Assembly: GCA_963836755.1 (NCBI GenBank) | Contig: CAWIKF010000002.1 | Coordinates: 992,001 to 1,056,000 of the forward strand | From: an uncultured Verrucomicrobiae bacterium | GTDB lineage: Bacteria; Verrucomicrobiota; Verrucomicrobiia; Chthoniobacterales; Chthoniobacteraceae | Direction: 5' to 3' | DNA length: 64,000 nt | Shown: positions 28,285 to 37,185 of the stretch, in pieces | Layout: each line of letters opens with the position of its first letter | How positions within the stretch are numbered: position 1 is the first letter of the stretch | Program-made: the position numbers and the translations under genes | Notes under the pieces: model-generated | The model's input: the letters and a program-made list of their open reading frames with translations, nothing else | Told to the model about the DNA's origin: nothing | The model's database searches: none

Positions 28285-30471
28285 CTAAAACGCGGGCGCG
28301 GCGGCGGGCTCGGGCGCGGGATCGACCCACTTCCCATGCTCGCGGATCAAGTCCTGGAGCCGATCGACGGCCTCCGCCTGCGGGATGTTGAATTTCACCG
28401 GCGTCTTGCCGACGTAGAGATTGATCTTCCCCGGCGCGCCGCCGACGTAGCCGAAATCGGCGTCAGCCATCTCGCCCGGCCCGTTCACGATGCAGCCCAT
28501 GATCGCGATTTTGACGCCTTTCAAATGCACCGTCGCAGCCTTGATGCGCGCCGTCGTTTCCTGGAGGTTGAAAAGCGTCCGCCCGCAGCTCGGGCAGGCG
28601 ACGTAATCGGTCTTGAAAATGCGCGAGCCGGCGGCCTGCAGGATGTTGTAGGAAAGGCGCAGCGCCTGTCCCGGCGCATCCTCGCCCTGCACCAAAATCG
28701 CGTCGCCGATGCCGTCGCAGAGGAGCGAGCCGATGTTCGTCGCGGCGGTCAGGAGCGTGGTGAGGAAATCCTGTCCGTCCCCTTTCGCGTTTGAAAACGG
28801 GAGCGCGGGCTTCCAGCCTGCTGCGTCCGGCATCCTGCCGGATGCATCTGCGGGCGCAGTCTCGACGGAGGAACCGGGCAGGGATGCCCGGTTCGGCAGG
28901 CTGGAAGCCCGCGCTCCCGGCAGAACATCTTTCAGCAAAATCGGGTGGCGCGCATCGAGCCGCGCGGCGAGCAGGCGGAAGGCGGCGATCACGGGCAGCG
29001 CGGTCGTGTCGGATACGGTGACTAAAAGCTCAGTTTCGCTTTGGTTCAGAGCGGCGAGGGCGGCTTCGTCGCGGGGATCGACTTCGCGGACATCGGCGTT
29101 TTCCACGACGATCTCGGGCTTGTAATCGCCCATTCGGTCGATTTTGTGCGCGATTTTCTCGAATTGCGCCTGCCGGATGAAGACACGGATCAGCTCCTCG
29201 CCGCCGAGCCGGACGCCGCCGCGGTCGAGCGTGGCAGTCGCGCGGCGTGTGTAGGAAAACGGGTCGTAGGAGAGGACGTCGAGCGGAACGGCTGGGTCGT
29301 TGGAAGGAACGGCGGGACCGTTGGAAGGAACGGCGGGACCGTTGGAAGGAACGGCGGGACCGTTGGAAGGAACGGTGGGACCGTTGGAAGGAACGGTGGG
29401 ACCGTTGGAAGGAACGGTGGAACCGTTGGAGGGAACGGTGGGACCGTTGGAGGGAACGGCGGGACCGTTGGAAGGAACGGTGGGACCGTTGGAAGGAACG
29501 GTGGGACCGTTCTCAACAGAGTAATTCGCCGTCTGCGCCTCGCTCGCGGACGCCGCGGGCGACATTTTCCCCTGTGACTGAAGCGCGTTGAACGGCGCGG
29601 CGAGCGCCTGCGCCACGGGAATCTCGTGGACGCTGTCTTCGGTGAGCGAAACGCGGATGGTATCGCCGATGCCGTCGCTGAGCAGTGAGCCGATGCCGAT
29701 GGCGCTTTTGATGCGGGCATCCTCGCCGTCGCCGGCCTCGGTCACGCCGAGATGGATCGGGTAATTCCAGTCCGCGCCTTCGTCATTGAGCCGGGCGACG
29801 AGCAGCCGATACGCCTCGATCATCACCTTCGGGTTGCTCGATTTCATCGAAAAAACAAAGGCGTGAAAGTCGAGGTCGCGCGCGATGCGGGCAAACTCCA
29901 GCGCGCTCTCGACCATGCCGAGCGGGGTGTCGCCGTAGCGGTTCATGATGCGGTCGCTCAGCGAGCCGTGGTTTGTGCCGATGCGCATGGCGACGCGGCG
30001 CGCCTTGCAAAGCTCGACCAGCGGCGTGAAGCGCTCGCGGATGCGGGCGAGCTCGGCGGCGTATTGCTCGTCGGTGTATTCGAGAATCTTGAACTTCTTG
30101 CTGTCGGCGTAATTGCCGGGATTGATGCGGACTTTTTCCACCCACTTCGCGGCTTCCATCGCGGCCTCGGGCTTAAAATGGATGTCGGCGACGAGCGGCA
30201 CGTCGCAGCCTTTTTCCAAAAGCCCGGCCTTGATGTGCTGGAGATTCGCGGCGTCCTTCACCGTCGGCGCGGTGATGCGGACAATCTCGCAGCCGACTTT
30301 CACGAGATCGAGCGTCTGCTGGATCGACGCCGCGGTGTCCATCGTGTCGCAGGTGATCATCGACTGGACGCGGATCGGGTTTTGCCCTCCGACGCCGACT
30401 TTGCCGACGAGCACCTCGCGCGTGGCGCGGCGCTGGTAGGTGAATGGGTTCGCGCAGTAGCTGGCGCTCAT
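28285..30471 (-). CDS. ispG: HMBPP synthase (long form) with two in-frame repeat insertions
   Basis: PIRVQSM, ADIHF, RINPGN, RIGTNHGSL, HLGVTEAG, GIGDTIRVSL, ACPSCGR, MGCIVNGPGE. Confidence 0.97.
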   Translation of the reverse strand: MSASYCANPFTYQRRATREVLVGKVGVGGQNPIRVQSMITCDTMDTAASIQQTLDLVKVGCEIVRITAPTVKDAANLQHIKAGLLEKGCDVPLVADIHFKPEAAMEAAKWVEKVRINPGNYADSKKFKILEYTDEQYAAELARIRERFTPLVELCKARRVAMRIGTNHGSLSDRIMNRYGDTPLGMVESALEFARIARDLDFHAFVFSMKSSNPKVMIEAYRLLVARLNDEGADWNYPIHLGVTEAGDGEDARIKSAIGIGSLLSDGIGDTIRVSLTEDSVHEIPVAQALAAPFNALQSQGKMSPAASASEAQTANYSVENGPTVPSNGPTVPSNGPAVPSNGPTVPSNGSTVPSNGPTVPSNGPTVPSNGPAVPSNGPAVPSNGPAVPSNDPAVPLDVLSYDPFSYTRRATATLDRGGVRLGGEELIRVFIRQAQFEKIAHKIDRMGDYKPEIVVENADVREVDPRDEAALAALNQSETELLVTVSDTTALPVIAAFRLLAARLDARHPILLKDVLPGARASSLPNRASLPGSSVETAPADASGRMPDAAGWKPALPFSNAKGDGQDFLTTLLTAATNIGSLLCDGIGDAILVQGEDAPGQALRLSYNILQAAGSRIFKTDYVACPSCGRTLFNLQETTARIKAATVHLKGVKIAIMGCIVNGPGEMADADFGYVGGAPGKINLYVGKTPVKFNIPQAEAVDRLQDLIREHGKWVDPAPEPAAAPAF
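28798..28919. repeat. REP/REPIN-like palindromic element inside ispG
   Basis: Perfect 24-bp inverted repeat (CGGGAGCGCGGGCTTCCAGCCTGC at 28798-28821, reverse complement at 28896-28919) enclosing two further hairpins. Confidence 0.9.
29285..29511. repeat. 21-bp tandem array (about 11 units) in frame within ispG, encoding (NGPTVPS)n
   Basis: Consensus GGAACGGTGGGACCGTTGGAA; unit starts from 29285 to 29495 are 10x21 bp apart. Confidence 0.97.
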
Positions 30472-30543
30472 TTGCTAAAAAAGTGCGCAGTCATTGGTGC
30501 CGAGAATAACGTGTTGCCGTGCCGAGTGCAACGAGTCCGGACT

Positions 30544-32196
30544 TCAGCGCGGCTGCTCGCTCGCGGCCGGTTTCGTGAATTTCATCGTGTCGCTTTTTCC
30601 TCCGAACAAGTCCTGCACGTCGAAGAACGCGATGTAGAGCATGAAGCCGATGATGAGCATCGCGCAGCCGGTCTGCACGATCTCGAGCACGCGGATATTC
30701 ACCGGGCGGCGGCGCACGGCCTCGACCACGGCGAGCGTGATGTGCCCGCCATCGAGCACGGGGATCGGCAGGAGATTGAGCAGCGCGAGATTGACGTTGA
30801 GCACGACCGAGAACCAAAGCGCCATGCGCCAGCCTTCCTTGCTTTCAAACATCAGATAGTAAATCCGCATCATCATCACGGGCCCTCCCATGTGCTGGAG
30901 TTTCACGTCACTTTTGCGCGAGGCAATGGCGCCGACGGTGCTGAAAATCGAGGTCATGCCCGCCTGGATCTGCTCGAGCGGCGACGGATGCAGCACGTGG
31001 AAGCGGCCGTATGCATCGAGCGAAATGCCGTAATCCATGTCCCACGCGATGCCGATGCGCGGCGTGGTCTCGCCGACGGGAAGCTCGGGAGTAACTTTGG
31101 TCTCAATCGTTTTGCCGTCGCGTAAAAGTGTGAGCGCGATGGTCTGGCCGCGATGCGCCTTGATGTAATCGGTAATGGCGAGCGCGCTCTCCATTTTGTG
31201 CCCATCGACTGCGGCGACGACATCGCCTTTTTGCAAGCCGGCTTTTTCCGCGGGGCTGCCGGCGATGACGGTGTCGATCGCCGCGCCGCCGGGATTGAAT
31301 GTCAGCTGCACCGGCGCGCCGTTGCGCTCGACGGTGAGCGCGAGGCTTTCGCCCTGATGCTGCTCGATGAAAGTCGGCAGTTGATCGATGTGATAAAGCG
31401 GTTGGCCATCGACTTTCGTGATCAGGTCATTCCGCTGCAGCCCGGCAGCGGCGGCGGGCGAATGGGGCTCGACCTTGGCAACCATCGGCGTTTGCGCGGG
31501 CTCGATCTCGATTTGCCGCAGCGCCTTCCGCGACCACGCGCGGGTATCGGGGATGAGCGGCTTCGGGTAAAGCGTAAGCTCTTTTTGCTCGCCGTTGACG
31601 TCGCGCTCAACTTTGACGGGGATCGACGCGCCTTCGCTGCGAACGATGCGCCACGTGACGCTATCCTCGCGCATCCCGCCGAAGCGCGTGACGGGCTGGC
31701 CATCGACGGCGAGAATTTTGTCGCCAGCCTGCAAGCCAGCCTTCGCGGCGGGTGAATCGGGAACGACATAGCCAATCGTCGTGGTCGCTTCCGCTTCGCT
31801 CACCGGCCGGCCAATTGCCCAGACGACGAAAGCAAAAAAGATCGCGAGGCCGAAGCTGAAAACCGGCCCGGCAAATGCGACCAAAATTTTGTCCAAGGCG
31901 CTGATCGGCGGCAGCGCCTCGCGCGGGATATCGACTGCGCCCTCGAGCATTTCCATCGGCGCGAGCTGCGGCAGCGCGACGAAGCCGCCGGCGGGAATGG
32001 AGCCGAGGCTGTATTGGACGCCGCCGATGGTTTTTTTCCAAAGCGGCTTGCCGAACCAGATGCCGAATTTCTCGATGACGAGCCCACGCCAGCGCGCGGC
32101 GAGGAAATGCCCGAGCTCGTGGACGATGATCATCAGGTTGAAGAAGGCGACGACTTCGAGCGCGATGAGGAGGAACTTGAGGATGCTGAGGAACAT
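30544..32196 (-). CDS. rseP: RIP metalloprotease RseP (M50, multiple PDZ domains)
   Basis: HELGH, AGP, repeated SPAAKAGL PDZ motifs, NLLPIPVLDGGH. Confidence 0.95.
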   Translation of the reverse strand: MFLSILKFLLIALEVVAFFNLMIIVHELGHFLAARWRGLVIEKFGIWFGKPLWKKTIGGVQYSLGSIPAGGFVALPQLAPMEMLEGAVDIPREALPPISALDKILVAFAGPVFSFGLAIFFAFVVWAIGRPVSEAEATTTIGYVVPDSPAAKAGLQAGDKILAVDGQPVTRFGGMREDSVTWRIVRSEGASIPVKVERDVNGEQKELTLYPKPLIPDTRAWSRKALRQIEIEPAQTPMVAKVEPHSPAAAAGLQRNDLITKVDGQPLYHIDQLPTFIEQHQGESLALTVERNGAPVQLTFNPGGAAIDTVIAGSPAEKAGLQKGDVVAAVDGHKMESALAITDYIKAHRGQTIALTLLRDGKTIETKVTPELPVGETTPRIGIAWDMDYGISLDAYGRFHVLHPSPLEQIQAGMTSIFSTVGAIASRKSDVKLQHMGGPVMMMRIYYLMFESKEGWRMALWFSVVLNVNLALLNLLPIPVLDGGHITLAVVEAVRRRPVNIRVLEIVQTGCAMLIIGFMLYIAFFDVQDLFGGKSDTMKFTKPAASEQPR

Positions 32197-32253
32197 ATTT
32201 TTACCGTGGGGAGCAAAGACCGCGCTCGGCGCTTCGCCGTTCAATTCCTCTCG

Positions 32254-33405
32254 TCATCGCGAAGCAAGAATCTCGGCGGCACGCGCGCGCGTCTCGGAAT
32301 CGGCGGCCACTATAGCATCGAGCCCCGCGTGCGCAACGGGCCGGTGCTCCTCCATCACGCGCGCGACCGTTTCCCAGATTTCGGGAAAGCGAATGCGCTT
32401 TGCGAGAAAGGCGTCGACGGCGATTTCATTCGCGGCATTCAAGACTGCCGGCAAAGTTCCGCCGGTTTCGCCCGCGCGCCGCGCGAGATCGAGCGCCGGA
32501 AAATCAGCCGTGCGCGGCGCTTCAAATTCCAGCTTCGCGAGCTGCGCGAAATCGAGCGGGCGCAACGTATTCGGCACGCGCTCCGGCCAGGTCACGGCGT
32601 ATTGAATCGGGAAGCACATGTCCGAGTGCGAAAGCTGCGCGAGCACCGAGCCATCCACGAACTCGACCATCGAATGCACGATGCTTTGCGGATGGACGAC
32701 GACCTCGACGCGCGCCATCTCCACGCCGAAAAGCCAGCGCGCCTCGATCATCTCCAGCCCTTTGTTGAAGAGGGTTGCGGAGTCGATCGTGATTTTCGCG
32801 CCCATGTTCCAAGTCGGATGTTTCAGCGCCTGCTCCGGTGTCACGTCGCGCAAAAGTTCGCGCGGCGTTTCGCGGAAAGGCCCGCCGCTCGCGGTCAAAA
32901 TCAGCCGCGTCACTTCGCTGACGTTGCGATTTTCGAGGCATTGAAAAATCGCGTTGTGCTCGCTGTCGACGGGCAAAACTTTGACGCCTTTCTTGCGCGC
33001 CGCTTCCATCACGATCTCGCCGGCCATCACTAAAATTTCCTTGCTCGCAATCGCAACGTCCTTGCCGGCTTCAATCGCCGCGAGCGCCGGTCGCAAGCCG
33101 CCGGTGCCGACAATCGCGATCAGCACGAGATCGGCTTCGGGCAAAGTCGCGAGCTCGATGAGCCCTTCTTCGCCGGGAACTTTTTTCACAGGAATCCCGC
33201 TCGCGCGAAAGGCCGCCGCTGCTTCCGGATCAACAACGCAGAAAGCGGCGTGTGGAAATTCGCCGGAAAGTTCCGCGAGCAGTTCGACATTCCGATGCGC
33301 GGAAAGTCCGACAATTTCCATCCGCTCCGGAATGTCGCGCGCGACGCGAATCGCGCTTTGGCCGATGGAGCCGGTCGCACCCAAAACGACGACGCGCTTT
33401 TTCAT
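32254..33405 (-). CDS. dxr: 1-deoxy-D-xylulose 5-phosphate reductoisomerase
   Basis: LGATGSIG, LPVDSEH, LTASGGPF, HPTWNMGAKITIDSA, NKGLE. Confidence 0.97.
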   Translation of the reverse strand: MKKRVVVLGATGSIGQSAIRVARDIPERMEIVGLSAHRNVELLAELSGEFPHAAFCVVDPEAAAAFRASGIPVKKVPGEEGLIELATLPEADLVLIAIVGTGGLRPALAAIEAGKDVAIASKEILVMAGEIVMEAARKKGVKVLPVDSEHNAIFQCLENRNVSEVTRLILTASGGPFRETPRELLRDVTPEQALKHPTWNMGAKITIDSATLFNKGLEMIEARWLFGVEMARVEVVVHPQSIVHSMVEFVDGSVLAQLSHSDMCFPIQYAVTWPERVPNTLRPLDFAQLAKLEFEAPRTADFPALDLARRAGETGGTLPAVLNAANEIAVDAFLAKRIRFPEIWETVARVMEEHRPVAHAGLDAIVAADSETRARAAEILASR

Positions 33406-34280
33406 CCGAAGCGCATGACGAGGCGAACGTAGAAAAAGAGCAGCGGCGCCGTGAACAACAAACTATCGATCAAATCCAGCGCGCCGCCGATGCCGGGCAG
33501 CATGCGGCCGGAATCCTTCACGTCGCAGCTTCGCTTGATGATCGACTCGGCCAGATCGCCGATGATTGCCGCGAAGCCAAGCAGCAGGCCGAGCACCGTC
33601 GCGTGCACCGATGTCAGCGCCGACAAACTATGCGGCATCAATTTCCATGCGCCGAAACTTCCGAGCACCGAAAATGCGAGCGCGCCGAAAAAGCCTTCCC
33701 AAGTTTTCTTCGGCGAGATGTGCGGGATCAGCGGATGCCGCCCGATCAAGCTGCCGGTGACATACGCGCCCATGTCGCTGAATTTCGTCACGATGATCAA
33801 GTAGAGCACGTAAAAATGTCCGGTCACGTGGCCGTTTTGTTGGGGGAAAACGTAAACGATTTTCGTGATGAAATTAAAAAGCCAGAGCACGTAAAGAAAA
33901 CCGAAAGTCGTGTAAGCCATCGCCTCGAGCGGCGAGAAATGCCGCGTCCGCTCGAACATCTGCCGCGCGAAAACGATGAGCAGAAAAAAGAGCAGCACCG
34001 AGACTTCGTAATCATACGACTGCGCCGGGCCGACCTTCCTGAAATAGTAAAAACTGCCGCCGATGAAAAACAGCCCGCAGACCATCGCGAGGATCTTGAA
34101 ATTCGGCAGCCCCTTGTGATCGAGCATCCGGTAAAACTCCCAGAGCGCAAGCAAACCGAGGCTGCTGATCAGGCAAAAAAATCCGATCTCGAATCCGGAG
34201 AAAATGATCCAGAGCGCCACTGCCCAAAGCGCGATCGAACTGCAAAGTCGCGAGAAAAAAATGGCGCGGGTGCTTGGCAT
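33402..34280 (-). CDS. cdsA: Phosphatidate cytidylyltransferase
   Basis: SDMGAY, ISPKKTWEG, GDLAESIIKR..VKDSG..LPG.GG.LD..DS. Confidence 0.95.
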   Translation of the reverse strand: MPSTRAIFFSRLCSSIALWAVALWIIFSGFEIGFFCLISSLGLLALWEFYRMLDHKGLPNFKILAMVCGLFFIGGSFYYFRKVGPAQSYDYEVSVLLFFLLIVFARQMFERTRHFSPLEAMAYTTFGFLYVLWLFNFITKIVYVFPQQNGHVTGHFYVLYLIIVTKFSDMGAYVTGSLIGRHPLIPHISPKKTWEGFFGALAFSVLGSFGAWKLMPHSLSALTSVHATVLGLLLGFAAIIGDLAESIIKRSCDVKDSGRMLPGIGGALDLIDSLLFTAPLLFFYVRLVMRFG

Positions 34281-34385
34281 GTTTTTTTGGACGCGCAGGA
34301 TTGAAGATGCGCCTCGCGAAGGCAAGGCTGGAAATGCCGGAATCTCGAATCGGCGGCTGACCAATGCGCGTTACGTTTGTGAGGA

Positions 34386-34991
34386 CTACCTGGGATGCGA
34401 GTTGTGCTTCGCGGGAGTAGTGGCCGTCACCGAGAAATCATCCACATAAAACGGCCCACTGGAGTTCAGCGCCTCGATTAAAAACTCGTGCCGTAATTCC
34501 TCGATCTTGGAAAAATGGACGGTGATCGTCTTCCAGCGGCCCGAACGAGCCACCCCGACCTCAGTGATGCGGGAATCATATTTGGCGCTATACAGCCGCA
34601 CCCGCAGGATCAGTTCTGAATCGTCGTCGGAATTCAACTTCAGCTTCTTCGGCGCGAGCACGCGGAAATGCGCGGTCACTGCATCCACGGAGTCAGGGAT
34701 GGCCAACGGCGCCGATGCAGCAGGGATCTGCTTGTCGCTCAGCGACAGCACATGATTTTTCGCGTTCACCGGATCGGGCACCACCTGGCCGCTTATTTGC
34801 CACCCTGCAGCGCCATTCTCGAAATCCCCACTCACCGCCAGCAGGCCAGACTTCCCCGTCCCGCCCGGTGGCGGGGAGGGCGAAGACTGTGCCGGTTCCG
34901 CCGACGGAGTCGGAGAAGCTGTCGGCTCCGCGCCCAGCGCTTGCAACCCGCAGACGAAAAGGATCAACAGCATTGCGGGCACTCTCTTCAT
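34386..34991 (-). CDS. Secreted hypothetical protein with a CBM-like (galactose-binding fold) domain
   Basis: Signal peptide, Pro/Ser linker, GDFENG..GW...FYVDDFSV. Confidence 0.6.
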   Translation of the reverse strand: MKRVPAMLLILFVCGLQALGAEPTASPTPSAEPAQSSPSPPPGGTGKSGLLAVSGDFENGAAGWQISGQVVPDPVNAKNHVLSLSDKQIPAASAPLAIPDSVDAVTAHFRVLAPKKLKLNSDDDSELILRVRLYSAKYDSRITEVGVARSGRWKTITVHFSKIEELRHEFLIEALNSSGPFYVDDFSVTATTPAKHNSHPR

Positions 34992-35042
34992 AGCGGCACG
35001 ATAACGCCACGGCCCCGGAAACCAATCTGCATTCGAAACTTC

Positions 35043-35783
35043 TTACACATGGAGGACCTCGCACTCCGCGAAGCGTTTGCCCGCCGTAACCGAAAAATCC
35101 CCGTCCCACGAAACGAACACCGGAAGACTTTCATCACACTCATTGAAAGAGTGGAACAGGGTCAAGCCGGTGCCAATGGTGCTCATGGTGAAATCGGTGC
35201 CAGCGCCGTTGCCGCGTCGCTGGGGCAGGCCACAGAGCTTCGAGCCGGAGAGTGTCAGAGAGCCGCAGGGAGCCGCGCCGTTGGTGCTTCCGCTTGTAGA
35301 AGAGTGGGCCAAGGTAAAGCCGGTGCCGCTGCTGCCGCCGGACTCAGTCTTGCCTTCGCCCTGCGAACCAGATCGTCCCTCCACGCTGCCCGTGCTTCGG
35401 CGTCCGAGCCGGGCCCCGCGTCTCGAATGGCGGCGCACCCGCTGCAAGCCAAGCAGCGCCCCCAGCCCGGTCGCCAGCATTGCCCACGTAGAATACTCGG
35501 GCGCTAAATCCGCGATGGTGGTGCATACGGACGAATAAAACGCGGGGATGAGGCTGGAGGCGCATGGGGCCGTTCCCAGATTGCTGAACGGGTCCGCAGC
35601 CCCCTGTTCGACATTGCTGGCGACGTCCGCAGCGATAGCCTCGAAGACGCCTGTTGTCCCGAAGACGTTTGCCGACCAGCCAAAGTTCTCACCGCCCCCG
35701 CCGGCGGCGAAGTCCGCAGCCCATATCGTCCGAATCCCCGCAAGCAGCAAGACCGCCACTGCGAGAGTAGTTTTGGTTTTCAT
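35043..35783 (-). pseudogene. Degenerate secreted-protein relic with an internal PEP-CTERM-like anchor and decayed GloVer (TIGR03803-like) repeats
   Basis: APEYSTWAMLATGLGALLGLQRVRR lies mid-ORF, followed by GTGFTLAHS..GAAPCGSLTLSGSKLCG..GTGLTLFHSF. Confidence 0.55.
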
Positions 35784-35868
35784 GGTTTCTTTCCTCTGTT
35801 TCCGAAGCGGCTCTACCAGCCGCCAATTGTCCTGTTGGTTCTGCTTCCGTTTTTGCCGACAGCCGCAC

Positions 35869-36484
35869 TCAGCCCGCAAACGCCACCTGCACGATGTCGC
35901 TCATCTCGCCGACTTCCTCGTCGTTAATCACCCCACGCGCGGCGTATTCGCGCGTCTCCGCCATGCCGGGAGTTTTCAGCGGCGTCTGGTCGTCGAACGG
36001 GAATTTCTTCCGCTGGATGCCGACAAGCCTCCACGAGGTCGTGCCGCCGATGCGCGTGTAGATGTTCACCAGCTCGGCGTAAGCCTTTGAGCCGGTGATG
36101 CGCACGCTGCCCGGAAACGCCTCCGCCTTGATCTTCGGCTTGATCGCGTTTGGATCGTGCGCCGTCGTCTTGGTAAAAACATTCATCGATGTCGCCCATG
36201 CCATCGGTGAATTTCGTGTTGTTCTTCAGGTTATTGATGAACGCTCGCAACGCCTCGCTTTGCTGCGAATAAAGCTGCGCGGCATTGGCGGCGGCCGCGA
36301 CGACGGCGTTCTCGGCATCGACCAGCGTCTGGTAGGTGGTGATGAGCGGGATGAGCAGCGCGTCGGCGGCGGCAAGGTCGGCCGCATCGAGGCCGAGCGC
36401 GACAGCATTGGCATGGGTTTGCGCTTTGAGGTTGATGAAAAACGCGAGCCGGTTTTCGTGGGAATCTGGGATGAAGTCTGCCAT
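35869..36484 (-). CDS. Hypothetical protein (helical N-terminus + Fn3/Ig-like C-terminus), frameshifted near 36190; adjacent to a 21-bp array
   Basis: MADFIPDS...FTDGMG (36484 frame) continues as MNVFTKTT...ETREYAARGVINDEEVGEMSDIVQVAFAG (36204 frame). Confidence 0.7.
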
Positions 36485-36648
36485 GGGATTTTGTTTTCTG
36501 GGGTTTACTGCTGCGGTTTCTAGCCGCGGGTTTTGTTTTGCTGGAGTTCGCGCTTCAAAGCGCTGCTACAGCGGATCGTGGAGAGTTTCTGGGGTTTTAT
36601 GCTGAAAATGAAGGAGTTGCGTCAAAAATGCGCCGTTTCGGGCATGAA

Positions 36649-36900
36649 CCGTCGTCTCCCGGGTCGGAACCGGGACGTCCCGGCTCCGATCCGGGAGCTC
36701 CCGACTTTGACCCGGGACGTCCCGGCTGTGAACCGGGAGCACCCGGCTGGAGCCCGGGAGTTCCCGGGCCGGACTTGGGACGTCCCGACTTTGACTCGGG
36801 AGCACCCGGCGCGGACCCGGGAAGCGCCAACTCCGACTCGGGACGCCCCGGCTTGCAGACGGGAGACGACGGGGGCGAGCCGGGAAGCGGCGTTGAGCCG
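36649..36900. repeat. 21-bp array: 14-bp palindrome CCGGGACGTCCCGG plus variable 7-nt spacer
   Basis: Units at 36670, 36691, 36712 ... 36880 with exact 21-bp spacing; degenerate units extend from 36649 to about 36950. Confidence 0.92.
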
Positions 36901-36951
36901 CCGCATCGCCGGGAAAAGCCGCCGGGCGGCGTCTCCGTTCCGCCGGGGCAC

Positions 36952-36976
36952 AAAAAAGCCGTCCAATAGGACGGCT
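36952..36976 (-). terminator. Intrinsic terminator
   Basis: Minus strand AGCCGTCC-TATT-GGACGGCT followed by a T run. Confidence 0.8.
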
Positions 36977-37009
36977 GGGAAATTCGAGATTTAAAACTTC
37001 ACCGGACGC

Positions 37010-37097
37010 CGAAGCATCGGGGGTCGCGGGATTTGGCCTTTTGAAAGCGCCACACTCGTCGAACCGCAACCCCGATATTCCACGCATCGCGGCTTCG
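37010..37097 (-). ncRNA. Candidate structured RNA (long hairpin), unidentified
   Basis: Complementary pairs ATCGGGGGTCGCGG/CCGCAACCCCGAT and CGAAGC/GCTTCG; lies between a promoter-like TTGCAG-N18-TAAGCA and the terminator. Confidence 0.3.
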
Positions 37098-37185
37098 TGC
37101 TTAGCAGGAATCCCGAAACCGCTGCAAGCAAAACTTTAAAAAATGTTTTTGCCCCCGTTGATTCGCGTTCGGTGGGAAGAAAGAC

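Noticed and set aside
36649..36900. CRISPR array interpretation of the palindrome + spacer arrays
   Set aside because: The period is 21 bp with 7-nt, partly recurring spacers, the repeats are degenerate, and no cas genes are in the window.
37030..37070. tRNA-Sec (TTCAAA loop, GGTTCGAC on the minus strand)
   Set aside because: The T-loop-like motif precedes the anticodon-like loop; there is no cloverleaf and no CCA end.
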